Source of the DNA: a virus
IMG/VR virus record: IMGVR_UViG_3300035698_011044
Span: 23,554 to 87,553 of that record
Strand: one strand, 5' to 3'
DNA: 64,000 bases
How positions within the stretch are numbered: position 1 is the stretch's first letter; every line of letters starts with the position of its first letter. The notes under the pieces are model-generated. The model was given only the letters and a program-made list of their open reading frames with translations, did not search any database and was not told where the DNA came from. Made by a program: the position numbers and the translations under genes. This document shows positions 27,500 to 35,889 of the stretch, piece after piece.

Positions 27500-28846
27500 C
27501 TAAAAACTATCATACGGTCCTTCTGCGACTTCCTCAAAGAGAGAATATTGCCCTTGAAAACTAAACTTAGCGGGAACCTTTCCTGTTGAACCATCTCTTT
27601 GTTTGGCAACAATTAATTCAGCAACACCCTTGAGTTCAAGATCATTTTTATAAACCTCTTCTCTAAATGGAAAAATTATAATATCTGCATCCTGCTCAAT
27701 CTCACCAGAATTTCTAAGATCCGACATTTTGGGGCGCGGATCCGGACGGTTCTCTGTTTGTCTTGAGAGTTGACTTAAAGCAATTACCGGAATGTTAAGC
27801 TCTTTAGATATCTGCTTAAGCCCGCGAGTAATAGATCCAGTCTTCTCACTTGTACTCACATCATCTCCACCCTCAAGTTTCATAAGTTGCAAATAGTCAA
27901 TTATAACCATCCCAATATTCTCCTGCTTATACATCCTGCGAGTTTTTGATTTTATGCTAGATATCGTAGTGTTAGTATCGTCATCAATGTAAAGTGGATA
28001 GTTTACCAACGAAGAAACCGTACTATTTAACTGCGTCCAATCATCATGAGTAAGTTTGCCAGATCTAAGCCTACCCATAGAAATCTTCGCTTCTGACGCC
28101 ATGCAACGCCGAACAAGCTGCTCTTTAGACATCTCTATAGAAAAAATTAACACATGAGTTTGCATAAGCTTAATAGCGTTAAGGGCAAAGTTAAGAGCTA
28201 AAGCTGTCTTTCCCATACTTGGTCTTCCAGCAATAACCGTAAGTTGTCCTCCCTCAAATCCATATATCATTCTATCAAGAGATGGGAAGCCTGTAATTAT
28301 ACCCTTAATCTCATCCCTGGATCTCCGCTCAATATTCTCCAGTGTTCCAGGAAGGATATCTTTAACATTACTGATTTTTGAGGCATAAGTCTCTTCTGAA
28401 AACCCAATCGTTTTCTTCTCAGAAAAATCAATAAGGTTGCCGACATTAACATCTGGCTCATACGCTTTACCTAAAATCTCAGTAGAACTCACAATAATGT
28501 CCCTGAGAGTAGCCTTATTTTTGAGTATATTTACATGCCCTTCAATTTTAGATACGGAACTTATGCTCTCTGTGAGCTCACAAAGAAAGAGCTCTCCTCC
28601 ACAGTCCTTAAGACACTTTTGAGTACGCATCTCTTCTGCAAGTGTTACAATATCGATACCAGTACCTCTTGAGTACAAAGTCTCTATACAGTTGAACACT
28701 TTTTTGTGAATACTACTGTAAAAATAACTTTCTTGCATTAAGTCAATAATATCATCTATAAGATTTGGGTTTGTCATCGCTGTTGCAAGGACAACTTTTT
28801 CAATACAGGTAGATTGTGGCATCATCTTGTTTTGGTGGTAAGACAT
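27500..28846 (-). CDS. dnaB: replicative DNA helicase
   Basis: TGFPSLD, AGRPSMGKT, FSIEMS, IDYLQL, LSQLSR, SDLRNSGEIEQDAD, AKQRDG. Confidence 0.96.
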   Translation of the reverse strand: MSYHQNKMMPQSTCIEKVVLATAMTNPNLIDDIIDLMQESYFYSSIHKKVFNCIETLYSRGTGIDIVTLAEEMRTQKCLKDCGGELFLCELTESISSVSKIEGHVNILKNKATLRDIIVSSTEILGKAYEPDVNVGNLIDFSEKKTIGFSEETYASKISNVKDILPGTLENIERRSRDEIKGIITGFPSLDRMIYGFEGGQLTVIAGRPSMGKTALALNFALNAIKLMQTHVLIFSIEMSKEQLVRRCMASEAKISMGRLRSGKLTHDDWTQLNSTVSSLVNYPLYIDDDTNTTISSIKSKTRRMYKQENIGMVIIDYLQLMKLEGGDDVSTSEKTGSITRGLKQISKELNIPVIALSQLSRQTENRPDPRPKMSDLRNSGEIEQDADIIIFPFREEVYKNDLELKGVAELIVAKQRDGSTGKVPAKFSFQGQYSLFEEVAEGPYDSF

Positions 28847-29636
28847 ATTCGTCTCCTTCTAGGTTTTCAAGTTCTGCTACGGAATGGTAGTTAAGATTAT
28901 GTTGAGCTTGACCATTTATAGGTTTATCAACTTTCCAAGTAACGCTATTTAATGGATCACATTCGGGAAGATACTGTTTGAAAGGAGAGCTTTTTTGACT
29001 ATCAGGTCGAAAGAAGTTCTCAAGAGTATATTTATATTTCCCATAAAAATCCCGGCCATCAACCATAAGCGCATTATAATTCTTAATACTCCCAGCAATA
29101 TCCTCAAAAGAATGCTCACCCAAAACTCTACGGATAACATCCTTCATTCTTTTAGTTATTCCCTTATGAGTAGTAATACCCTTAAGGCTTTGCCAATAAC
29201 TATAAACACCATCAATATTAAAATTCTGAGGCGGGCTTTTTATCTCTTTTTTATTCTTACTTCTTACTTCTAACTTCTGGCTTCCACTTTTTTTTAAGTT
29301 ACTTCTAACATTTTTCGTGTAAGTGTCTGATATTGCAGTAAGTTTTTGGCAGGATATTGAAATTCTATTTGAAGTGTAACTCAACTGGAATCGATCTCTA
29401 CTTGAGAAGTAATTCAAAATAAGCTTAAGTTTTGGTCCAGATATTCCAGGAAACCACATCTTAAAAGCCTTGAAATTCATATCAAGCGGCTCTTCTATCG
29501 CATCCTCTCTACTGAGTATTTCAAGCGTATTAAAGAATACATAATATCCCGCAGGCCCAAACTCCATAATTGCAGTAACAAGATCGCCGTCAGAAGTGCT
29601 ATTGGCTAAATGTTTAAACCACTTCATTTTTATCAA
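28800..29636 (-). CDS. phage replication initiator protein
   Basis: Directly upstream of dnaB; MKWFKH...G..GY..F...LE N-terminus; internal 7-bp repeats. Confidence 0.65.
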   Translation of the reverse strand: MIKMKWFKHLANSTSDGDLVTAIMEFGPAGYYVFFNTLEILSREDAIEEPLDMNFKAFKMWFPGISGPKLKLILNYFSSRDRFQLSYTSNRISISCQKLTAISDTYTKNVRSNLKKSGSQKLEVRSKNKKEIKSPPQNFNIDGVYSYWQSLKGITTHKGITKRMKDVIRRVLGEHSFEDIAGSIKNYNALMVDGRDFYGKYKYTLENFFRPDSQKSSPFKQYLPECDPLNSVTWKVDKPINGQAQHNLNYHSVAELENLEGDEYVLPPKQDDATIYLY

Positions 29637-29859
29637 CTTTTTCTATATTGTCAAAAATTTTGACGACATCATCCTCGGTGTAACCCTTGTGTTTAATTAG
29701 CACAGTAAAAAACCATAAAGAGACACTCTTACTATGTCCTCCATGTATTTCGTAATGGCAACAGGTGCATCGATAAGAGTCTCTGCTTAACACCGCACCT
29801 CTTAATTTAAGCCACTTAATATCTTTAAGGCTAGTTGAGTACCTCTTTTTAAAATCCAT
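29614..29859 (-). CDS. short, degenerate HNH-like protein
   Basis: KW.KLR..VLSRD.YRC.CC but the rest of the HNH motif is truncated. Confidence 0.45.
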   Translation of the reverse strand: MDFKKRYSTSLKDIKWLKLRGAVLSRDSYRCTCCHYEIHGGHSKSVSLWFFTVLIKHKGYTEDDVVKIFDNIEKVDKNEVV

Positions 29860-30028
29860 AATTAACCTTTAAAAAGAACAGGACCAACAACCAGTTGAGA
29901 GGAATTACCCAATGGAGAAAGGAATTCGTATTCTGATTGCCAATCCTGTTTTGTTTTTTTGAGTTTGTAACATTTTGAAGCTCCATTGTTTTTGAGTCTG
30001 CGTCGGATCTCACACCTTCACACTAACC

Positions 30029-30056
30029 AATATAGATCTCGCAATTTACTTGTCAA
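30029..30056 (-). promoter_or_regulatory. sigma70-like promoter of the replication operon
   Basis: TTGACA-16-TATATT followed by a structured leader. Confidence 0.65.
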
Positions 30057-30071
30057 TCAATTTTTAATTTA

Positions 30072-30443
30072 TTAACTACAATCATCAATATACCCACTAA
30101 GAGTCCTAATAGCGTCAATCACATACAGGGCTTTATAGAAGGTATCCCTGAAAAAATAGTCACCATTGTTTTTGTGATAGACAAAAAAACACATACACAC
30201 ATCATTCTCTTCACCACTCTTGTAAAGCGCATAAATCTCCACAAAGCTATCTCTATCACAAGACACATCTTCTTCTTTATAGCACAGCATTGATCCTATT
30301 AATATTTTTTTTGCAGGGAAAGTCCATAGTCCATTATCTAAATCAATCTTGTTTTCGCTCAGAATTTTTGTTGCTTTACGCTTATCCATCAACTTCTCCT
30401 CACATGTTAGGAACTGATTGTTGTTTATCCAGCATATCTGCAT
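30072..30443 (-). CDS. hypothetical protein
   Basis: ORF; true start probably the internal MDKRK. Confidence 0.5.
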   Translation of the reverse strand: MQICWINNNQFLTCEEKLMDKRKATKILSENKIDLDNGLWTFPAKKILIGSMLCYKEEDVSCDRDSFVEIYALYKSGEENDVCMCFFVYHKNNGDYFFRDTFYKALYVIDAIRTLSGYIDDCS

Positions 30444-30681
30444 ACGAGTCGGTCTTCTTAGCTCGCCTGATTATCTTGCTCCACCTGTCATAGTATTCCT
30501 CAAACTTCTCAGAGAACTTGTGGCTAGGGCCTTTCATGCTGGCATCCTTCAAGTTGTGGAAACACTTTCTTAGTGGGCAGTCCTCAACATCGTCCGGAGT
30601 TTTTGAAGAGCAGTCCATGATCGCTGTTTTAGAGTGCCGGTCGCAGAGGTAGTTTCTACATTGCTGTTTATGTGGAGCCAT
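30400..30681 (-). CDS. hypothetical Cys-rich protein
   Basis: Coupled ORF. Confidence 0.5.
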   Translation of the reverse strand: MAPHKQQCRNYLCDRHSKTAIMDCSSKTPDDVEDCPLRKCFHNLKDASMKGPSHKFSEKFEEYYDRWSKIIRRAKKTDSYADMLDKQQSVPNM

Positions 30682-30890
30682 TAGGTTTTACCTTTCGTTA
30701 TTCCGGTTTCACATTTGTCTTTGCCGTACTTTGGATGTTTGTGGTTATTGAAAATAAGTTTTCCTCTTAGATGATGAGTGTAGTTCATTGCGCCACATTT
30801 TCTGCACCAATTAGCCCTGTAAATTATCACTCCTTTTTCTATAAGAATTTCCTTTTTAACAATTTGGACATAGTCGTGGTGAGTGCTCAT
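30681..30890 (-). CDS. hypothetical protein
   Basis: CRKCG motif; coupled ORF. Confidence 0.5.
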   Translation of the reverse strand: MSTHHDYVQIVKKEILIEKGVIIYRANWCRKCGAMNYTHHLRGKLIFNNHKHPKYGKDKCETGITKGKT

Positions 30891-30893
30891 TTT

Positions 30894-31196
30894 TTATTTC
30901 TCCTTTCGCTTATCCCATGAGAGAAGTAATTCGTATTTGCCATTATATTTAGTCCGGCCAGAATCTCGCTCGGATACCTGTCTCACTTCTACCATCGCGT
31001 TGTCGAGGAGTATTCCCACAAAAGCGTCATCCTCTTTACCTATATGGTGAGTCCGAGTTCTTAGCCCCGCCTCATTTAAAGCCGTTAGAAGAGGAATTGC
31101 CTTGTTGTTGGCTACAAATGGACCATCGCCGAGATCGATGAGCTGGTGATCTGCTCCGATCTCGTGGTGGTGATTACAGTTGTACTTGCATTGCAT
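30894..31196 (-). CDS. hypothetical phage protein
   Basis: Starts right after the 109-bp repeat; PLLTALNEAGLRT motif. Confidence 0.55.
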   Translation of the reverse strand: MQCKYNCNHHHEIGADHQLIDLGDGPFVANNKAIPLLTALNEAGLRTRTHHIGKEDDAFVGILLDNAMVEVRQVSERDSGRTKYNGKYELLLSWDKRKEK

Positions 31197-31199
31197 TCG

Positions 31200-31308
31200 C
31201 TATTCCTCTCTACTAATTTATTAATTATTAGTACCTGGTAATTATCAATGGATTACATTCGCATTCTGCTTATGCTGGCAGTTTGGTACTATTCCTCTCT
31301 ATGGTCTA
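31200..31308. repeat. 109-bp dispersed direct repeat, copy 2
   Basis: 98/109 identical to 18548..18656; IHF consensus at 31243-31255; internal direct repeat CTATTCCTCTCT near both ends. Confidence 0.92.
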
Positions 31309-31465
31309 TGGGTTCATAGCAACTATGCTTCATCCCGTCTTTAATATTGTGTGGCAATAGATTTGGACAATCATTTTCTATGTGACATTGATGATTTCTC
31401 TCTCTAGCCTCTAATGGTAATGTCTACACCTTCGGTTTATCTGGGGTTTCCGTGTTATTGCTCGG

Positions 31466-31855
31466 CTAGACTATATATCGATCTTTTGGGTGAACCACGT
31501 TATTGCCAGTAATATAATCAGCTATTTTTTTAAATAATCTTACCCAAAACCCCCAGCTAGAGTTCTGTTTTTTTAACTTAATCCTAATAGCCTCGATACT
31601 AGCTAACTGTTCGTTACGAAGGTCTGGCAAGCTCCAATCAGCATCAAAATACTGGCATCCACAACAAAACTTCAAACCGTGAATACTCTGCTGAGCACAC
31701 CCAACACAACCACCATGGAAGACACGAGTTGTCTTACGGTTAGAACTATTCATCATTCGGCTCCCATTCCAGCGTACTCTCATTGCAAACAAAACCACAC
31801 TCGTGACAAGCGCGCACTCCACGACGTTCTGAATTATGGGAGTGACAACATTCAT
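31466..31855 (-). CDS. hypothetical Cys-rich protein
   Basis: FHGGCVGC...CCGCQYFDADWSLPDL; true start uncertain. Confidence 0.5.
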   Translation of the reverse strand: MNVVTPIIQNVVECALVTSVVLFAMRVRWNGSRMMNSSNRKTTRVFHGGCVGCAQQSIHGLKFCCGCQYFDADWSLPDLRNEQLASIEAIRIKLKKQNSSWGFWVRLFKKIADYITGNNVVHPKDRYIV

Positions 31856-31906
31856 GTTCTTCGTAAGGATCGATATGACTGGTGTCTGGAAAATTGCGTT
31901 TCATAA

Positions 31907-32182
31907 CTAAGCCTTAATCCCAATAGTGTCAAGAGCATCCATGATAATCGTTCCGGCTACTGCGGGATCTGTAGCGTAAGATGTGCGCTCTTCCCCATTC
32001 GCATTGTTAAGCTTTCCGAGGAGAGCCTCGATAACCTGAGGAACCTCCGCGTTAGCATCGATGCCAACCAGGAGAGAGTCTGCACTCTGCTTAAAGAGAA
32101 TCTTCATGTTTATGACATACCCCTTATTATCGCAAGGCACAACCTCGACGAACAATTTATACAATTCCTTTTTTGGGCTCAT
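31907..32182 (-). CDS. hypothetical protein
   Basis: AAGGAG RBS. Confidence 0.6.
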   Translation of the reverse strand: MSPKKELYKLFVEVVPCDNKGYVINMKILFKQSADSLLVGIDANAEVPQVIEALLGKLNNANGEERTSYATDPAVAGTIIMDALDTIGIKA

Positions 32183-32215
32183 TACAACTCCTTGTTAATT
32201 GTTGTTTGCTTTAAT

Positions 32216-32434
32216 TTAACTTTTAATGTACGCCTTGTACCATCTTCTACAAACTGATTTAAAACTTCCCTCGCTTGCTGAGAGAGTCGAACCGCTCAAT
32301 CTTCCACCCCTACATATCTGATTTCCGAGCGTTCCATCTTTACCGTTGAGGTTGACGTATACGTATGATGTTCCGTTTCCGCTGAAGAATGTAATTTTTT
32401 TGTTAAGTTTTCTGCTTTTAATTGTGTGTTCCAT
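32216..32434 (-). CDS. small basic hypothetical protein downstream of the ribozyme
   Basis: AAGGAG RBS; 72 aa. Confidence 0.65.
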   Translation of the reverse strand: MEHTIKSRKLNKKITFFSGNGTSYVYVNLNGKDGTLGNQICRGGRLSGSTLSASEGSFKSVCRRWYKAYIKS

Positions 32435-32457
32435 TTCGTTAACTCCTTTATTGATTG

Positions 32458-32520
32458 TTCAGCCTATCTCATCAGTATCGGTAGGCTAACCCCGATAGAC
32501 GCCCCGAAAGGCGTTTCGAC
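32458..32520 (-). ncRNA. type II hammerhead ribozyme with loop I/3' pseudoknot
   Basis: GUC-GAAA-CGCCU(UUCG)GGGCG-UC^UAUCGG(GGUUAGCCUA)CCGAUA-CUGAUGA-GAU-AGGCUGA: complete core, three stems, pseudoknot. Confidence 0.9.
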
Positions 32521-32569
32521 TTCTACTCTACTGATCCCACCCTTCTGGGAGTTCCTCCATGTCAAAGAA

Positions 32570-32636
32570 AGTTACCTTAGTTACCTTAGTTAACTGCTAC
32601 ACTATTAAAGGTAACTCTTCTAGGTAACTTTGTCAA
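32570..32636 (-). promoter_or_regulatory. sigma70-like promoter with AGTTACC repeats
   Basis: TTGACA-17-TACCTT (32608-32636); five AGTTA(C/A)C heptamers in both orientations. Confidence 0.7.
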
Positions 32637-32644
32637 CACTTATT

Positions 32645-33280
32645 TTATTTTATTTCGCTGAAGGCTGTATCATTGCATTCTTTTTTGTCTCCAGTAAAAT
32701 TAAAATAGCGATCTTCGCAAATCTCGATAAATTTCTCATAAGCAATAACATCTGCAAGTGCGTCATGAGCGCCTTCTCCTAGGTCAATCCCAAAGAACTC
32801 GCATACGCTGGTAAGCTTTAAGTTCTGGGTCGTTGGAATAATACCATAGAAACGAAGGATTCTGGCAAGACCGTATCCGTCATAAACGTAGGGCTCAAAG
32901 AGAGAGCCGTAAAATTTGTCACCATGATGAAACCAAAACTTCCGTGCAAACTTAGCGTCAAAGTTTCCCTGGTATCCAGAGAAGACCATTTTGTCGGTTT
33001 TATCGTATGGATCCACATAGGTTTTTATTATTGCAGAAATCTCTTCAAAAGCTTGTTTGGAAGGCATAAATTCCGCAAGCTCTTCCTTTGTAACCTTCCC
33101 AACCTTGAGAGCATCTTCGGAAATGTGCTCCATGCTAAACGGACGCATCTTGTAATTAAATTCATGAACATCTTTTCCCGGGCAGTGGATCCGTCCGGAA
33201 AATTGCCAGATGTTATGTATTGATGGATCTGTTCCGGTTGTTTCTGTGTCTGCGTTCATTATTTTTCTTGGACAATTCAT
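32645..33280 (-). CDS. DEDDh 3'-5' exonuclease (DnaQ-like)
   Basis: DTETTG, Y...FD, AHDALAD. Confidence 0.9.
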   Translation of the reverse strand: MNCPRKIMNADTETTGTDPSIHNIWQFSGRIHCPGKDVHEFNYKMRPFSMEHISEDALKVGKVTKEELAEFMPSKQAFEEISAIIKTYVDPYDKTDKMVFSGYQGNFDAKFARKFWFHHGDKFYGSLFEPYVYDGYGLARILRFYGIIPTTQNLKLTSVCEFFGIDLGEGAHDALADVIAYEKFIEICEDRYFNFTGDKKECNDTAFSEIK

Positions 33281-33440
33281 TATCTCTTTCCTCCAATATT
33301 TTTAAAGTTTCTAGTAGTTTAGGCTTTTCTGAATGACCATAGTCAAGACCTTCAATCCAGCCACGGACTGTTGCTGCACTTGTACCTCGATAACTTGATA
33401 AAACATCCTCTTTTTTAATGACCCAGCTCCCATCCTTCAA
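33213..33440 (-). CDS. hypothetical protein
   Basis: Short ORF between coupled genes. Confidence 0.4.
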   Translation of the reverse strand: MKDGSWVIKKEDVLSSYRGTSAATVRGWIEGLDYGHSEKPKLLETLKILEERDNELSKKNNERRHRNNRNRSINT

Positions 33441-33855
33441 CCTCGTTTGGCAGAGGAATATAAACCCCTAAAAATTCTGAAGCCCACATTCTTACCTCAA
33501 CCATTTTGTCTTCCCATTCCATAGCTTCCCACTCGCCTATTGCTGTGCTGCGAATGTAGTAAAGATCTAGCTGCTCATTGTAGTACCTGAAAAACTTGTC
33601 CTGGATTAATCCGTGCATTTCATCATCAGAATAACCGGTATCTCGGGCAAGGATCGCCAGCACTACTCCGCGATAATATTTCTGCTGAGGACGACTATTG
33701 TCTTTTGTCAACTCCTTGAGAATGAGCACACACTTTTTCCCACGTTGCTTAAGATACCAGCACCAACGCAAGAATCGAAAGCCATCTTGAAGGATAGGCA
33801 GGCCAGATTTTTTCCAGCCTGATATTTCCCAAGTATGAGTAAGCCTCTTACCCAT
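33415..33855 (-). CDS. NinB-like recombination accessory protein
   Basis: S.PQQKYYRGVV...TGY..DEMH...RST...W....LGVYIPLPNE. Confidence 0.6.
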   Translation of the reverse strand: MGKRLTHTWEISGWKKSGLPILQDGFRFLRWCWYLKQRGKKCVLILKELTKDNSRPQQKYYRGVVLAILARDTGYSDDEMHGLIQDKFFRYYNEQLDLYYIRSTAIGEWEAMEWEDKMVEVRMWASEFLGVYIPLPNEVEGWELGH

Positions 33856-35222
33856 TACGCTTTAGCCTTCCTGCTCTTAGCTTCATCGGACTGCTTCTTG
33901 TTTGCTTTGTCAATGATTGCTGCAGCCTTTGCCTCTTTGTCAAATCTTGCCTTTGTCTCTGCCAGTCCAGCGAACATCCCTGGCCCATTGGCAGAAATCT
34001 GAGCTTCGATATCATCATACCATGCTCGTGGAATATTGATAAGAGAGCTAATCTCAAGGTTCTGTTTTTGGGAATACATATTAAGCCAAATCTTCCAATC
34101 CTCAGGAGATATCTTATTCTGTGTCAGGAAGGTTTCGACGAAGGATATCTGAAAACAAGACAACAACCCATGGCGATGCTGATAAACCTCATTAATTCTT
34201 CCTCCAACAACCTGAGCACCAACATCAGCACCAACAGCATATCTATTGATCTGATCTTTATTCCCAGTAATTATCCCCTTGACAAGAACGACATCTTCAG
34301 CTCCGATATCGTACCATGCACAACCTAGCTCTTTGTCAAGCCAGACGATAAACTTCTCCATGATGATATTGTTGTCATTTAGAGCCTGAACCATTTCGAC
34401 AATCTCATCTCTGGAGATTAGGTTGGCATTGGTCTGGTATTCCTCGTTAATAGCTCGTCCAGTTTTGCGTTCAGGAGGAAGAGCCGGAAGCATTGAGCTT
34501 GCACTCTTTTTGTTTCCGGATCCTTTTGGAGGCTCATCCTTAATTGGATTTGTAATTTCCGGAAGAGCGTCATTCTGAACCTGAGGCGGAAGGTTCTGTT
34601 GCTGGGGAGGAATGTTCTGCTGAGGCTGAATGTTTTGAGGTTGCTGTTGCGGTGGAAGCGGGGGATAAAATCCACCTTGGTTCTGTTGCTGAAAGTTCTG
34701 TTGCCGAGGCTGATTAAACCCATTGTTCTGAGGATGCTGAAGCCCACTGGAAGCATTTCCATCGTCATCCTCACCCTGGGCTATAGTTCCAAGAATTGCC
34801 GAATAAGAATATCTGCGAAGGTATGTTATTGCAGATCCAACAATCTGAGAACTATTCGCGTTTTCAAGACCAGCACTGATTGTACTGCGAAACCATTGCC
34901 CAGACTTATGCGAGACCTCCGTGATTAGGTCAACCCTGCCAGCCTGTAATAAAACAGTTTTTTCCGAATCCTCATACTTAGTTTTCTTACGCTGAATGGT
35001 AGGTATAACGTCTCCAATAAGTATCACCTCTGGGTGCTGAGATACCATCAAGCCGTTATTAGCAAGCGCATCTTTTGCTGCTTGAATATGAGAATACAAC
35101 GATGCGTATTTTGATTTATGAAAAGTATTCTCGCAATCCAATTTTGCAGGCAACAATTCTGACTGCATTACTGCCATTGCACCTAAAATTTCCGAACATT
35201 CTTCCGAGCGTTCTATGCCCAT
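33855..35222 (-). CDS. ERF-family ssDNA annealing protein with long C-terminal extension
   Basis: N.FHKSKYASL, HKSGQW, GSAITYLRRYS...GEDDDGN. Confidence 0.88.
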   Translation of the reverse strand: MGIERSEECSEILGAMAVMQSELLPAKLDCENTFHKSKYASLYSHIQAAKDALANNGLMVSQHPEVILIGDVIPTIQRKKTKYEDSEKTVLLQAGRVDLITEVSHKSGQWFRSTISAGLENANSSQIVGSAITYLRRYSYSAILGTIAQGEDDDGNASSGLQHPQNNGFNQPRQQNFQQQNQGGFYPPLPPQQQPQNIQPQQNIPPQQQNLPPQVQNDALPEITNPIKDEPPKGSGNKKSASSMLPALPPERKTGRAINEEYQTNANLISRDEIVEMVQALNDNNIIMEKFIVWLDKELGCAWYDIGAEDVVLVKGIITGNKDQINRYAVGADVGAQVVGGRINEVYQHRHGLLSCFQISFVETFLTQNKISPEDWKIWLNMYSQKQNLEISSLINIPRAWYDDIEAQISANGPGMFAGLAETKARFDKEAKAAAIIDKANKKQSDEAKSRKAKA

Positions 35223-35250
35223 AAAAAACCTCTTTCTGTTATTCTATTAG

Positions 35251-35301
35251 ATATCACAAAACTTGTTATATTAAGATACCATTATACGCAAATAGTGTCA
35301 A
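35251..35301 (-). promoter_or_regulatory. sigma70-like promoter with downstream operator-like site
   Basis: TTGACA-17-TATCTT (35273-35301); ATATCACA-N5-TGTTATAT at 35251-35271. Confidence 0.72.
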
Positions 35302-35304
35302 CCA

Positions 35305-35889
35305 CTACTTGTTATAATAAGTATACCACTCGTTGTGGTTTTTGAATTTTGAATGATATTCTTTGCCGTCAATAATCATTACCCAATCATTCCAGGCAAT
35401 CTTACTATCTGGCACTACTATTCCGTTGCTATTGTAGTATTCCTTAAGCTGTTGCCCGCTATAATTGAGCTCCATCCAAACTTGCTTTGTTCCCCAAAAT
35501 GGCTCCAGCCCATGTTCACTTAGCAGTTTAAAGCCACGCGATAAGACATATAAGATATGGTTCCGGTCAACAGCCCCCTTTGTATAAAGCGCAAAGAGTC
35601 GTCCTGAGTGGATAAACTTATGGCACGCGACACAAAGCGAAACAACCGCTTTAAATTCCACCCGTCCCGTATCGGGACAGATATAGTAACATTCGTGAGC
35701 TTCGAGCCGTTTCTGAAAACGAGCTTTGCTCTTATGCGTCCCGCAAGCATGGCAACAACCATCGTGTTTTGCATAGGATTCCTCTCGAATAAAGTTCCAC
35801 CATTCAGCACCAAAGACACTCCTTGGATTAACTCCATGAAGTGCCGTTGGAATTGTTGGATGCTGAAGGATTGTTGGGTTAAAAGACAT
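35305..35889 (-). CDS. HNH-type endonuclease
   Basis: CHACG...LEAHE...LCVACH.FIH. Confidence 0.7.
   Translation of the reverse strand: MSFNPTILQHPTIPTALHGVNPRSVFGAEWWNFIREESYAKHDGCCHACGTHKSKARFQKRLEAHECYYICPDTGRVEFKAVVSLCVACHKFIHSGRLFALYTKGAVDRNHILYVLSRGFKLLSEHGLEPFWGTKQVWMELNYSGQQLKEYYNSNGIVVPDSKIAWNDWVMIIDGKEYHSKFKNHNEWYTYYNK

Noticed and set aside
18548-31308. 109-bp repeats as a DGR template/variable pair or as attL/attR
   Set aside because: Mismatches are not adenine-specific, the repeats are mostly non-coding, and no reverse transcriptase or integrase is in the window.
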